DNA from: Botryllus schlosseri
Taxonomy: Eukaryota
Assembly (NCBI GenBank): GCA_051294905.1
Contig: CM119383.1
Location: forward strand, 5,146,001-5,210,000
DNA: 64,000 nt
Direction: 5' to 3'
The notes below the pieces were generated by a model that searched no databases, had not been told where the DNA came from, and saw only the letters and a program-made list of their open reading frames with translations. Positions 14,001 to 26,600 of the stretch are shown here, piece after piece. Each line of letters opens with the position of its first letter. Within the stretch, counting starts at the first letter, position 1. The position numbers and the translations under genes were made by a program.

Positions 14001-15617
14001 TGATGACTTCCGTCAGAGGAAAATATTTGGGTGTATTTCGATATGAATATAGTATTTAATTCATTGTCTAGCAGTGTTGGGATCAAGTCACTACCTTCGA
14101 GTCATCTCGAGTCATTGCACATTTTGATTCGAGTCAAGTCAAGTCAATCGATTTTCGAAGGTGACTCGAGTCAAGTCAAGTCACTCGTTTTTTGGAGGTG
14201 ACTCGAGTCAAGTCATGTCAAGTCAAGTCGAGTCACGAGTCAAGTCATAATTCAAGTCAAATTGAATTTTCGAAGTATCAGTGACGATTCAAAGTCATTA
14301 CAATTTGCTAGCTGTGTGAAAGACAGAATAATTGGCCATTTATATTGAATCAAATAACTAATATAAATGCCCGCAAGAAGGCGTTGTATCGCTCGCGCAC
14401 ACGAAGAACTGCAAATAAAATACATGAGTCACTGTATAGCAACATGCAACAGTCTGTTATTAGCAGCCAATAGGCTCGAAGCCCCGAGAAGTTTACCAAT
14501 TTGATACGGTACAATACACTATCCATCCGTGAGGAAATATAACGCACAAACTATATTCGCTCGATTTAAATCATACAAGAGGGTTGGTAAAGGGGATCAC
14601 TGCAGAATGTAGGCTCTGGGCTGTCTAAGAAATATAGATACGTTGTTGTGAGGTAATCTATTGCTACTCCTACTAACAACGTAAGCTGTGATCATTACGT
14701 TTGTGGTCAATTTATTTGAGGCGTAACAATAGAGGATCATTGAAACGTACAATCAGTGAATGACTCGTTAGTCTCGCAAGTGACACAGCAGTCGTATCGC
14801 GCGCAATACTCGACACAACATTCACAGAATTCAGTGATTCAACGATACAGTTTACTTGATGACTCGAAATTGACTCGTAGATTTTGCTCCGAGTCACGAG
14901 TGAATTCGCATTTTTGAAGCGCCGAGTCAAGTCAAGTCATTTTTGCAAAGTGACTCGAGTCAAGTCAAGTCATACGAAAAAGTTGACTCGAGTCTGACTC
15001 GAGTCAAGTCATGACTCGAGTCATCCCAACACTGTTGTCTAGGTGATGAAATTGTAACACTGCACACCGAATTTGGCTCAATTCCAATGTGGAAAAAGTA
15101 TAAGACGTTTCCTCTCTACTCAATTTCAAACAGAAGTAGCGGTTTTTCGCAACTAGTATTGACACACTCCAAGAAACCGAGCCATGTCTATTGTCTACTC
15201 TCATAGAAAAACCAGTAAAGATGCCTGAAACCATGGGACAAGATAGCAGCACGAACTCTGATAATGACGAAGGCAGTGCAACGCAGTCCGGCTTATTAGA
15301 AGACACCGGCGGCTCGGCAAGGACCGATTGTGACGCCTACAAAAAACTCAAAATCCGTAAGCAATGGGGTCCGGGGGACGAAATGAGAGTTATCTCCCCA
15401 AAAAAGACCTGCATCAGCTACAAAGAGAGTATCGACAACATGATCATGAGTGAGGTAATATCATGATTATCAATTTTGTGTATATGTGGCTTAGACTTAT
15501 GAACACGTTTCATTGCAGATGGATGAATTACCTACTGACCAAGCTAGCTTGAGACTGCCCGACTGTGTGGGCAGGCCTTTCGTAAATTCTACTATCAACC
15601 TCGGTGATTTAGCGTGA
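8020..15617 (+). CDS. ZXDC: ZXD-family C2H2 zinc-finger protein, about 720 aa, 9 fingers. Exons 8020-9071, 9850-9953, 10308-10493, 11116-11159, 12841-13270, 15207-15454, 15519-15617
   Basis: All junctions are GT-AG and phase-compatible (total 2163 nt = 721 codons). ZXD-like fingers (CPWSFSTPYKLRRH, STKYNLKAH, FYRKEHLKSH). GGSARTD motif and C-terminal STINLGDLA resemble ZXDC (GSARTD / STINLQDL) as recalled. The internal low-complexity exons are less certain than the finger exons. Confidence 0.85.
9305..9611. mobile_element. hAT-like MITE (307 bp), terminal inverted repeat (TIR) TAGGGTTACCATA (Blackjack-like)
   Basis: 13-bp perfect TIRs (9305-9317, 9599-9611); perfect 8-bp TSD CTATTTGT on both sides; lies in ZXD intron 1. 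Confidence 0.85.
11765..12030. mobile_element. Partial GACTCGAGTC-rich hAT-like element (family 1)
   Basis: Multiple GACTCGAG motifs; one end (ttggttacaacccc) resembles the family TIR; the other end is missing. Confidence 0.65.
12115..12763. mobile_element. Fold-back hAT-like MITE (family 2), 649 bp, about 305-bp inverted arms
   Basis: TAGGGCTCTTCAAAAATGAC...GTCATTTTTGAAGAGCCCTA; the arms are reverse complements along nearly the whole length; perfect TSD ATGTACAT. Confidence 0.92.
13414..13850. mobile_element. Family 1 GACTCGAGTC hAT-like element, degenerate copy
   Basis: Collinear with the 26805-27316 copy; right end ttggttacagccctg; left end decayed. Confidence 0.7.
13930..14065 (+). repeat. 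Degenerate Penelope-like terminal repeat copy, interrupted at its 3' side by the hAT element at 14072
   Basis: gtgacgtcatatt...gttgatgatg...gaaaatatttggg..tttcgatatgaatat matches the repeat consensus. Confidence 0.6.
14072..15034. mobile_element. hAT-like non-autonomous element (family 1 variant), 963 bp, TIR CAGTGTTGGGAT, subterminal GACTCGAGTCAAGTC arrays
   Basis: 12-bp perfect TIRs; perfect 8-bp TSD TTGTCTAG (14064-14071 and 15035-15042). Confidence 0.92.
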
Positions 15618-16749
15618 ATTGTCGATTTTAATGGTATCCTTTGTGGAATATTAATTTCTTTTTATGATGATCGTGGTGTTGCGGTATATGATTGTTATTA
15701 CATTTTACTTTTTGTATTGTTTTATATGTATTGGATCTATGCTTGCCTCGTGGTTCTACTGTGTGAAATCAATCAATAAATTATCCATATCTAGTCCGAG
15801 GTCTCTTGGTACAATTTTGGGTGCTGGTAGGAAATTTCCAGATAGTATCTGCTAGCAGTTTCACTCGGATTGACTATGCTGATACCATCTACCTGTTGTC
15901 TGCATAATGACGATAGAACTAAAATTCGGATAAAGCTGAATTGGAAAATACGTGGAACACCAATCCTTCAAGTTGCCGATGTACTCAGCTGTCTCACGGC
16001 CAGTTCCTGCAAGTATGTTGCTTAATTTGCCATGGTTATCATCTTCCAATCGATCAGGTAAAGAAGGAGCATTTATTTGCCAAATGTAGCCTGATTACGA
16101 TTACTCCGGATGGTGAATTATGTAATGCTCTGCTATTATTAAACCCAGGGATATATAGTTCAGTATTAGTTCTCAGTATCGCTGATTGAACATATGATAT
16201 ATCATTGATAAATAGACTATTGGTTGGACCGAGCAGCTAGTTCACGTTGATCATTGAGCCGGTCGATTTGCTGGAATGACCTGATTAGAAATTGATGCGC
16301 ATCATTTTATGCCGCCAGATTCGAATCGGGTATTACAAATATTGTATCAAACGTTTGTAAGCGAATCATCAGCAAATAATCAAATGGCGTTTTTGTATTT
16401 CCGGCATTACAGAGATTACTTGGAAGGTGACACTACACAGAGAGACTCTAGGATTCTTATTAGGTTTATCCTACGCTCCTACAACATTTGCGGGGGGAGA
16501 CAGCGTAGTGGTGAGCGTCGGCGCCATTCATGCAAGCGGCGCGAATTCGAATCCTGCCGTTAAAGGTTGTTCTGGGCTCCTCGTCATCTGCGTCGCTGTT
16601 CTTACGACGACAAAAAAGCTCAGAAAAAAGACCCGATAATGAAAAAGGAGAAATAAATAGCTTTCTAAAGAAGGACAGACGAAGAAAGAATAACACCGAA
16701 GAGGACTATGTGATATCGGGCACTAGGTCGAGCTGCATGCCAGTTTGAG

Positions 16750-16785
16750 TATAGATAACTAACCTACGTAGGTTAGTTATCTATA
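16750..16785. repeat. Perfect 36-bp palindrome TATAGATAACTAACCTACGTAGGTTAGTTATCTATA
   Basis: The sequence equals its own reverse complement with no spacer. Confidence 0.9.
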
Positions 16786-17623
16786 GTTTGAGAGACCCTT
16801 GTATATCACATTGTTTGTGTCTTGGGCAGATGAAAGTATAATCTGACGATTATTGATATTGAGCACGGAGCAACTTCGTAGCTTTTCATTTGTGACCGAC
16901 AGCCTCCGATAAATGACGCGAGCGAGTCGATCACGCGCACACATAAAAAGATCCAGATTCCACTCCATTCGGGTGCCATTAATGGAATCACCTCTGGTGG
17001 TGACTCGATTTTTTTCCACCGGTCGCTAGGTGACGCGGCTCCTCATTCGGATTCCGGATATTGAAGAAATTCATCCCGCCTGCCGCTTTTTTGCTTTGGC
17101 GTCCATTGTTTGTAGTTTGTAATTTGCTCCCGCCAAACCAATGGGAAGTTATCAGTTATGTGAAACTTAGGAAGTAAATACCTAATCACAGCTTTCTCTA
17201 ATATTATAGAGGTGGCTGGGCAGTTTTATATGTCACAGTGTTGATACGCATGAACGTTTAATTCTCATATAATACTGCTTTTTCATTTTAACCGTATAAT
17301 TTAACAATAGCCATGTCGACATTTAATTAGCATAAAGAACCTGAGAAACTGTAATTATGCATCTGCTGATAGGTTGAACTGAGAGTATGTTGTAGTTCGA
17401 GGCTTCCAGTGCTATACTGCTGTTGCAGTAATATAAGAAATCAGTTCTTTTAATGTTATTTGCAGGTGAAACATTCATTGAATGTGTACATACGCATCTT
17501 ATCCTTGCCCATTAAATTTCCGAATCAAATGAACCTGACTGGGGAGTTGCACTGCGGTAGCATTGTTGGATTTCTCTCACACTCGTCATCAATCTACTAA
17601 TATCGAAGAAAGGCGTTACGTAA

Positions 17624-20600
17624 ATGGGAGCTATGGACGTTGGACTTGACATTGACTCGTTCTTACGTTCATTAAAAGCCACTAAACCTCCGTGGGAATG
17701 TCCCAAGTGCGGAAAGGTTTACAAAAGCTACTCGGGAATCGAGTATCACATGTGGAATTTCGATCACGATAACGCGACGGCGACGCCAAACCAAAAACCG
17801 GCGCTTTTCCATTCGAATAAGAAAGGTCAGAAATCCAGGAAGAAGAACAGGCCGGGAAATTTGAACACGTTCAGACGCAGCCCGTCTCCTGTTGGATTTT
17901 CGTCTCCCGCGAGAGACACTTTAACGTGGGCTGAAGCACAACGAATGGTGCAGGTTGTTTCTGAAGGAAAAGTTTACCGGTGAGCTGACTTTGAATTTCT
18001 TGCCAGACTCAAGTGATGTCATATTTGGTGATCATGATCATTGATACGACTGGCAAAATGGAAAGTTCCTTTGAAATCTCTACTATAGTTGCTGACGAGG
18101 ACCCCTGACGCGGGTTTATTTCAATATGAATATAACATTCAATTGTGTATTGAAGTTTTGTACCTCTGCATCCCTAAACTAAGAAACTAATGAGCTAAAC
18201 TGTGCAGTAAACTTATACTAGAATCGATCTCTGACGCGCGTACAAGGTAGGAAATTCAAAAGAACTTTGTTTCAGGGTTGTATAGCCAAGTCACAAGTCA
18301 ATCTCACTATTATACTTTTGACTCGAGTCAAGTCGAGTCATTTTCAATTCACCACCGAGTCAAATCCAAGTCAGGGAGCAAAGGGTCGAGTCCGAGTCAT
18401 GGTATTATGACTCGAGTCCGAGTCCAAGTCGTTGTGATGACTACTCAGTTTCCAGTTGAAGTCTTGTTAAACCCATTTTTTAAACTTCAGTGATATCGAA
18501 TGGTTCGCATTAATAATATACTAATTTTCCTCACTTTTAGTAGTTTCTGGTCGCATTTTCAAGTACCAGTACCAATGGACGGAATCCCAATAGTGTGTTT
18601 ACTTTACTATTCTTCGAAATTACAATGAAATGTCGGTCTTGGCCGTCCGAGTCTCGAGTCATATGAATTGGTTCGACTCATGCCCAATGACTCGAGTCCA
18701 AGTCAAGTTGAGTCGAGTCATTCTCGTATTTTGAGAAAAAGACTCGAGTCGAATCGAGTCATCAGAAAATCGTGACTCGAGTCATTACAACCCTGCTTTG
18801 TATATTAACGGTCGTATCCCTGATTATTACATCACATACATTCGAAGTTTTATATTTTCAATTTTAACACGAGCTGACTTACCAGTCGACATCAAAGTTG
18901 AATATTTTCCAAATTCAGCCTCAATATCAACGAAAAACTGGACATCATATCGGATTCCGACGTTGACAAAGATGACGACAGCTCGAACAGAGACAGTTCC
19001 GATTCTAGTCCAGACGATAAGAAGAGCACCCCGGAAAAGGCAACCGAAGGAAACGCAAAGACTGAATCGGGATCGGCAAGCAAGAGCAAGGGTCCCGGAA
19101 AGATCACCAATATCAACAGCAAAGACTTGAAAAACGTTGCGTTGGCTGTTCAGCGCGACGGCACAGTAACAAAACCAAATTCGCCTGCGAAATTACCGGT
19201 GGCGTCGTTTCGTGTGTTATCAGACACGGAATATGAGGCGGAAGATGCGCCAAAGCGTAAAACTGCGTACTACCGTTACATCGAACGGCCCGCTGACGAA
19301 TTAGCGGAAGAGGTAAGATTTACACAATTCTGTTTGTAGCATAGTTGCTGACGATTACCTCTGACTGGTGTTAGCCGATGATATTCGACTACATGTCAAT
19401 ATGTATATGCTATTCAATTGTATTTTGATGCTCTATGCCTCTAAGAAGCTCTTCTAATTGTGGTCGGTAACAATGTATTTTTACTTTTTCGAAGCACTCG
19501 GGTTGGCATTGTATTCTCGCAATGCACAGCATGTTGGGTTTTGTGGGCAAAACTATCCCTTGAATACTTACTAGGCTAAGCTACTTAATCGGAGATCACT
19601 GATTCTGCTTGTGCTCAAGTAAAATTTTACGGAATTACTTCTATTTCTAATCGAGTATTAACGGATAATACTTTGAACCACTCTGCTCCTAATACTGAAA
19701 AAAATCTTGTGTGTTGTTGATTGCTGGTGAGTTAATCAGGTTGCTGAATTGAGTTGATTGAAGTTTTGGAACTGAGTTTGAATGTTTCACGTTTAAAGTA
19801 TGCCTGTCTGCCTATTGTTGTGGTTTGACATGTGAAAAGATGATGTACGCGAATGTATTATCAGTGAAATAATCAGTTCTGTCTAATCCACTAAGATTAC
19901 AGGAATCCGTAGTGTACCACCGAGAACAGCCTTACCAAATGTGCTTTATAATTCCAGTTGAGTTCCTATTTATCATATGAGAGTCTTATTTGAATTTTTC
20001 TTATAAGGTTATTTACCATTTCCCAGGTATTTCCTGGGGAAGTCCCTTCACAGATTTGCTATGTCGTTCCGTGTGCTGATTAATAACACAATTTTTCCGG
20101 TTTACGTATTTAACTCGCTTGAGGGATATGTGCGCTCCATGGCAATTATGCTGGTGTCGAATGCAAAGGTCGCACGAGTATGAACTCATCGGATAACTAT
20201 AGCGTAGTCAAATAACAATTAACGTGACGATACAACAACATTGCTCTGGCCAGTTGGCAATAATTATCGCGAGTGCGATCGTCACTCATGCGTGGCAGAA
20301 TGGTAAATAGTAAGTGTTCAGTTATCGCTGCCAAAAATATTTACGTCGCGACCGAAGATTGTTTCAAGTCTTGGTCTATGTTGACAATTTAGCATATTCT
20401 CAAGATTGATATCTGATGATCTGGAATAGCCAGGAAAGACTGCAAGTGTGTCAAGTAATATATTTGTGAAGTGAACTTTGATGTTTCATAATGCGATCGG
20501 TGTATAACTATCAAATTTTGATGCCTAACGGTATAATTTAGCGCTCAAAACATCTTGTTTTCAATCAACCACAAGCATTGATCAAGAAGTGGTGTTTATA

Positions 20601-23600
20601 GAGTGCTGCTAAGGAATGAGTTAGTAGACGGGAATCTTGGTGGGCAAGAGAAGAGCATGACATGTCCGATTTAACTATTTTGTGGTAAAATTCAACAGAG
20701 GCTGCCATGTAGAAATATTTAGATGAAATTATCGGTCCGTGGCTGAAATCTTATGATTTTGGTAGATGTCTTCCTCCTGCTTGATTAACATGATTACATT
20801 GTGTATAAAATGATACCAAAGCTGCAGTTTAGTCATAATCTGGGTTGCCATGCTGTGATTATTTCGAAGATTTGTCTTTAATTTCAATGACGGTGTCATT
20901 GGTGTGTTATAAAACTGTGTTGTCCTTATTTCTAAGATGTGTTCTTATATTTGGCTTATTGTTGTTATTTACCTTACCCAAAAGACTGAACAGACAATGA
21001 TGACTGGGTGAGAGTGTTAATGACTGTTAACCTTAAGTTTTTGTCATGTGTTTACTGAATTAAAGTGCATAGCAATCAAGGCATTTGTCATGGTTTAGCT
21101 TGTGTCGGTTTGGGTACAGATACAGACCTGTGTCCTTATTTTGTCTCATTTTTGACATTTCTCTATGCAGGTTGAATATGACATGGACGAGGAAGACTCC
21201 GTGTGGCTCGAGCTCATGAACGAGAGACGGGGCAAAAATAACCTGCTGCCCATCACGGCCGACCAATTCGAACTCCTCATGGACAGATTCGAGAAGGAGT
21301 CCTACTTCGAGCAGTCCAGAAACGGAGACAGCCACCACGGCGCCAACCAAATGATCGACGAGGACGCGGTGTGCTGCGTCTGTAACGACGGCGAATGCCA
21401 AAACTCTAACGTGATACTGTTCTGCGACATGTGCAACTTGGCCGTGCATCAGGAGTGTTACGGCGTGCCTTACATACCGGAGGGTCAGTGGCTTTGTAGG
21501 AGGTGCTTGCAGTCGCCGTCGTGTCCGGTGGACTGCGTGCTGTGTCCCAATAGGGGCGGGGCCTTCAAGCAGACTGACGATGGGAGATGGGCGCATGTGG
21601 TGAGTCGGGGGGGGGGGGGGGGGGGTGTTGTTTTGCGTGCGCTGCTGGTTTGGTTTGTTTTGATTAGAGTTAGAATCTTAGCATGATTTTCAACACATGC
21701 AAGTGTAAGTAGAAAGGGGATGATTTTAGCCAAGGGCGTGTGTTTCGTGATTACTTAAAACGTATCAGTTTTTTAGGTAAAACTTAATACTTTCCACACT
21801 TTGGATGTAGTAAAGTAGAATAAGGGTTAGTTTATGGGTTATAAAGTCATACTTTCGCAGACTAAAGTTTCACATGTTGTAATGTCGCTTGCTCATTCGC
21901 TAATATGTCTGCACACCCAAATGTTATTTTCTATCGTTTCAGGTGTGCGCGTTGTGGGTGCCGGAGATCACGTTTGCTAACACTGTCTTCCTGGAGCCTA
22001 TCGACGGACTGCAGCGAATACCGCCCGCCCGGTGGAAATTAAGTTGCTACATCTGTAAGCAGAGACACATGGGAGCCTGTATACAGTGTCATCGCACCAA
22101 CTGCTATACGGCGTTTCACGTGACCTGCGCCCAACAGGTTGGTTTGATCGTGAAATTACGTTTTTACTGTGTGATAATGACATGGTGCCGGCAGAAGTAC
22201 AAGTACTGTGGTACGGTATCTTTCTAAACAATTACCAGTAGAAGCGATTTCTTGAGAGAACACCACTTCAAGTGGAAGTAGAAGATGGCTTGAAGAATAC
22301 CAACAGTTGAAGAATACCAACAATGTCACTCGGAAATACAATGCTAACTCAACCCTAAACGCTTTGTACTTTTGAAAATTGTGTAAAAACGTGGCTACTG
22401 AGTATTGTGTGCAAGGGATATGATATGACCAATCCAGATTTAATAGTGGGAAAATAGCAAAACAACTGTTGTCGTCTTTTATTAATTCAGTCTTAGTGGA
22501 AAGGAGCCTATAATGCAGTGGTTCCCAACCTTTTTGGATGTCGTAGCCGCATTTCAAACTTCACTACGTATAACACTATATATAAGGAAAGTTTTAATGT
22601 AGCTATCCTACCGCTTGATCTCACCATCCAGCTAATTCAAAAGGATGCACGTAGGTAAACTTCTATAGATTCTATATCGGTTATTTTAGCATTGATAGAC
22701 GCAGATTGGCGAGTGCTATACATTGGAATAAACTAAAAATGCATATCATTACTAGAGCATACTATATTTATGTTGTTATGTGGTAGCTCTTTAGACATTC
22801 CAGCATTTAATGCACAAGTTTGAGGGGTATTATATGCCGAGTAATATTGGTAATATTGAAATACATACTTGCGTATGAGCCGTTACTTTGATGTCGGTGA
22901 AATTATGTCGAAATTTACTCTTCGCAGAGAAGATCTATAAAGGTCTATGACCAGCAGAGCTCAAGATTCATCATTGTCTGACGGGTATTCATCCATGCGT
23001 TTGACGCTAGTCTGCAAGAATTCTCTTTCCCCGTTTCCAAAAGCGGCCTCGGGCGGCTTCAGACGTAACTAATATGCCCTATTTTAGCATTCATATTCAG
23101 AAATTGACTATAACTATTCATAGAAACAAACATCAACTGTCTATTATAATTTTTGTGGCAGATATGTAGAGGTCAACCAGAGCAGCAAGAGGGCTAGCTT
23201 GGAGCCGCGGTTGGGAATCACTGCTATAATATCAGTACTCTCTAAAATACTCTCTCACTACTCTACTCAAGTCATTACGTCTAATACTCTGATTCCTTGC
23301 GCTCAGCCCTAATAATGGGTTACTACTTGAATAGTGGTAAGTAGTCCGAAAAAGCAGTTGTTACTGACCACTTTCGCACGCAGGCTGGACTATACATGAA
23401 GATGGTGCCTGTGAACAAGCCTGGCAAAAACGGCATGACGGCCACCGTCATGAACGCGGCGTTTTGCGACGCCCACCGGCCCCCGGACGCCTCGCCCACG
23501 AAACCGCTCGCAAACAGCTACCAGTTTGACCAGGACGACAAGCGCGCGCTCGATAATTCAAAGGAAAAGATGAAGAAGGCGAGAAAGATTCTGGCGGAGA

Positions 23601-26600
23601 AGAGGCAGGAGATGCCGCACATCGCGATACCTTACATTCCACGAGACCAGTGAGTTTGGAGTTTGCTGCTTTTTTCTTTCGTCACAACATCTCGTGCATT
23701 AATACATTTCAATACACAATTGAATAATATAGTCATATTGAAACAAACACGAATAATAATAAATGTTCTTTCTAATTCTGAACTAGTTGAAAATATTCGG
23801 GTTTATTTCAATATGAATTTATTATTTAATTGTATGTTGAAGATCTGTACCTCCGAGAGTCTTCAAATAATACATTTATTGTAACTGGAAGACAATTTTG
23901 GGCGCCTCTTGTTGAGAGCTAACAGCACACTAAAGCGATTCTAACAAATTCAAAAGTAAATCCAATACAGCACAGTATGATGCAACAATCAAAGTTGCAG
24001 GCCGTGAAATTTGCATTGTAACAATGCCAACAACCAACTATGAAATATACGGTATGTAGCCACACAAAATGTAAAAAACATCAGCCATATACACAACTAA
24101 GCAAACTAATTGGAGTTTGTAAGTTTTACAGAAACTACTTTTATTTACATAAAATCGGCTTAGTCAACTGTATAATTGTGGAACACAACAAATCTAGTAT
24201 AGTACACGGCAGTGGTCTTCAAAATTTTTTGGAGTGGTGCAAAAATGGTGTCCAACGTTGACCTACTTACAACATAATATTGTTATGCCGGCTAAAATAA
24301 AGTCACCACTTCCAATATCAGTGTGTGTACTTCTTAATATTCATTTCTCAATCACACTGTGCATTGTGCACCTTTTCGTACTTGCGCACCCCATGCAGAT
24401 TTTAATTCACCCATTCCAATATAGTTGGTGCTTTCTCTCGCGTTTGAGCCGATATGTTTCTTCATCTCAGAATGGCCGAAATCAGCAAGCTGGTCACGAT
24501 ACAGAAGCGCGGAGAGTTCATGCATCGTCTTCTCAGCTTTTGGACGCTGAAAAGGCAGTCGAGAAACGGTGTGCCGCTGTTGAGGAGACTGCAGTCTAGC
24601 ATGCAATCTCACAGATCTGGCGACGCGGTGAGCTGGTTTCTATTCGAACGTTGGCGAATAAAGGGGTCAATAACTGCTTGCACAGCTAATATTTGTAAAA
24701 TTTTAATGTCTTGAATCAATATCTCAATCAAAAGGATATATACGTTTGAATAATATATTCATATTGAAATAAGTTCGAATCTGTTTGGCTGACGCTTGTC
24801 AGGGGTAATCGTCAGTGATTAGTAGAGATTTGATGCAACTTACGCAGATATGTTGTCACTCGCAAATAACCGAGCTCAGCATCTGTTCGCCCCGAATATT
24901 CTAATACATAAGTCAGTAATTTTGATTTGAATTTCAAAAAGTGTTGATGATACATGGCACCAAATATCTAATGAAGTATGTTATTATGATTTTAGGTTCC
25001 TGCACCCTCTAGTGACCGTGAAATTTCCCCAAACGCGCGATGTCTTGATAACTGCTTATACTTGAAAGCTAGTTTTTCAGCTTAACATGTTTCATCTCAT
25101 CTCCATAGAGCTTTGTCTTCAAAATTAACGGAACACAAAAGTTACAAGCAAATTCGAATTTTTTAAAGCAAAATTAACCGCTGATGCAGTGGATGCGATT
25201 TCAAAAGCATGTAATGACTGATCTTGTGACTGAGAGACTTTCGACATTACTTCATTCAGTCACGTGTTGCTATTCAATCTTGCCGTTGGCAGCCGTTTTT
25301 AGGTCAAAATTGGCCGGGGTCAGTAGCTACACATACGGTACCAAACTAAATATTCTGCGTTTGCAGAACGCCGGAGCCCGCGGAGGCATGGAGGTCATGG
25401 CGCAGCTCAAGTATTGGCAGAGGCTCCGACACGACCTGGAACGGGCCAGGCTTCTCATCGAGCTGATAAGCAAACGCGAGAAGAAAAAGCGGGATCAGCT
25501 GAAAATCAGCCAGGTATTGTGAAATTCCGAGTCCGTCAAGGTTGGAGTGCGGCCACAGGCGAGAGCTTCGTTGTTTGGTATATTTCTTTATCTTTTCTCA
25601 ATATTGGGGTTGTTACCTGTTAGCTTGCAATAAGACTGCAGTCACACTCATACTGTGCATTGCGTGGGTTTTATTATCCTCGACCTACTTATTGAGTATT
25701 TTCAATATCTTCATTTAGTACTCTCTCTCTCTCTCTCTCTACTTGTAATCGAGTAGAGATTTGCAGTGTCACTTTTAATTCTACTTGAGGCACGCACACT
25801 TCCACGTAAAACAATCAATAACTCCTTTAACCCCCATTATTTTCAGGCCATTTGCGAACTCCGGTTGACCCCGTGGATGAATCATCTTCTCAGCACTTTG
25901 GAACGGCTGCGCGCCATCGACACGCCAAACGTGTTCGCCTGTCCGGTCAGCATCAAGGACGCCCCTGAGTACGATAAAATCATAAAGCGCCCGATGGATT
26001 TCACGACGATGGAAGGGAAAATTCGTAACTGCACGTACAAGTGGGTGGCTCGGCGATGTGGCGCTGATTTTAACGCAGCACGAATGTTTGTGTGGCGTTA
26101 TTCTTGCGTATAAGGTTGCTTGTAAGCTTCACTGCGTTCGTTGGACCGGACCTTGCGTATATTAGCCTACCTTGACGTAACACGCGACAGCATGTGTGTA
26201 AATTTAGAACAACATATCTCATAAATACGTTGTTGATATACAATGTTCTTCCTAATTCTCTACATGTTGTTGACGATTATCCCCGATACGCATGTCAGCC
26301 GAAAATATTCGGGTTCATTTCAATATGAACATACTATTCAATTATATGTCGAAGTTCAGTACCTCCGATAAGCTCTTCAACTACGAGAGCATACCAACGT
26401 TGCAGTTCTTATCTCTATTTTTTGTGCCAAGAAAGTGTTGACATGAAGGTCCTATCGAATATAATTTGTTTCTTATCAGTATTTTTCATGGCAAGTATGA
26501 GGTACCATGAAATTATTATCTGGTGTTTGTTTTCTTAGGATTTGGTCATATTTCAAGATAATGTGTTGAAATTGACTGGGTCACAAAATGGTGTCGTCAA

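Noticed and set aside
14072-15034. Regularly repeated GACTCGAGTCAAGTC units superficially like a CRISPR array
   Set aside because: Eukaryotic context, no unique spacers of constant length, and bounded by TIRs and a TSD.
15634-15642. GTATCCTTT, a perfect U12-type 5' splice-site consensus in the ZXD 3'UTR
   Set aside because: No U12 branch point (TCCTTAAC) with a matching acceptor found downstream; likely chance.
18278-18493. ORFs inside GACTCGAGTC elements (also 11802-12098, 27096-27347, 28686-28934, 63678-63881) with similar DSSQVESF peptides
   Set aside because: The similarity comes from the repeated DNA motif; no transposase DDE or BED features.
21060-21596. 178-aa minus ORF; also 29135-29689 (184 aa)
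   Set aside because: Antisense shadows of GC3-rich BRPF1 exons.
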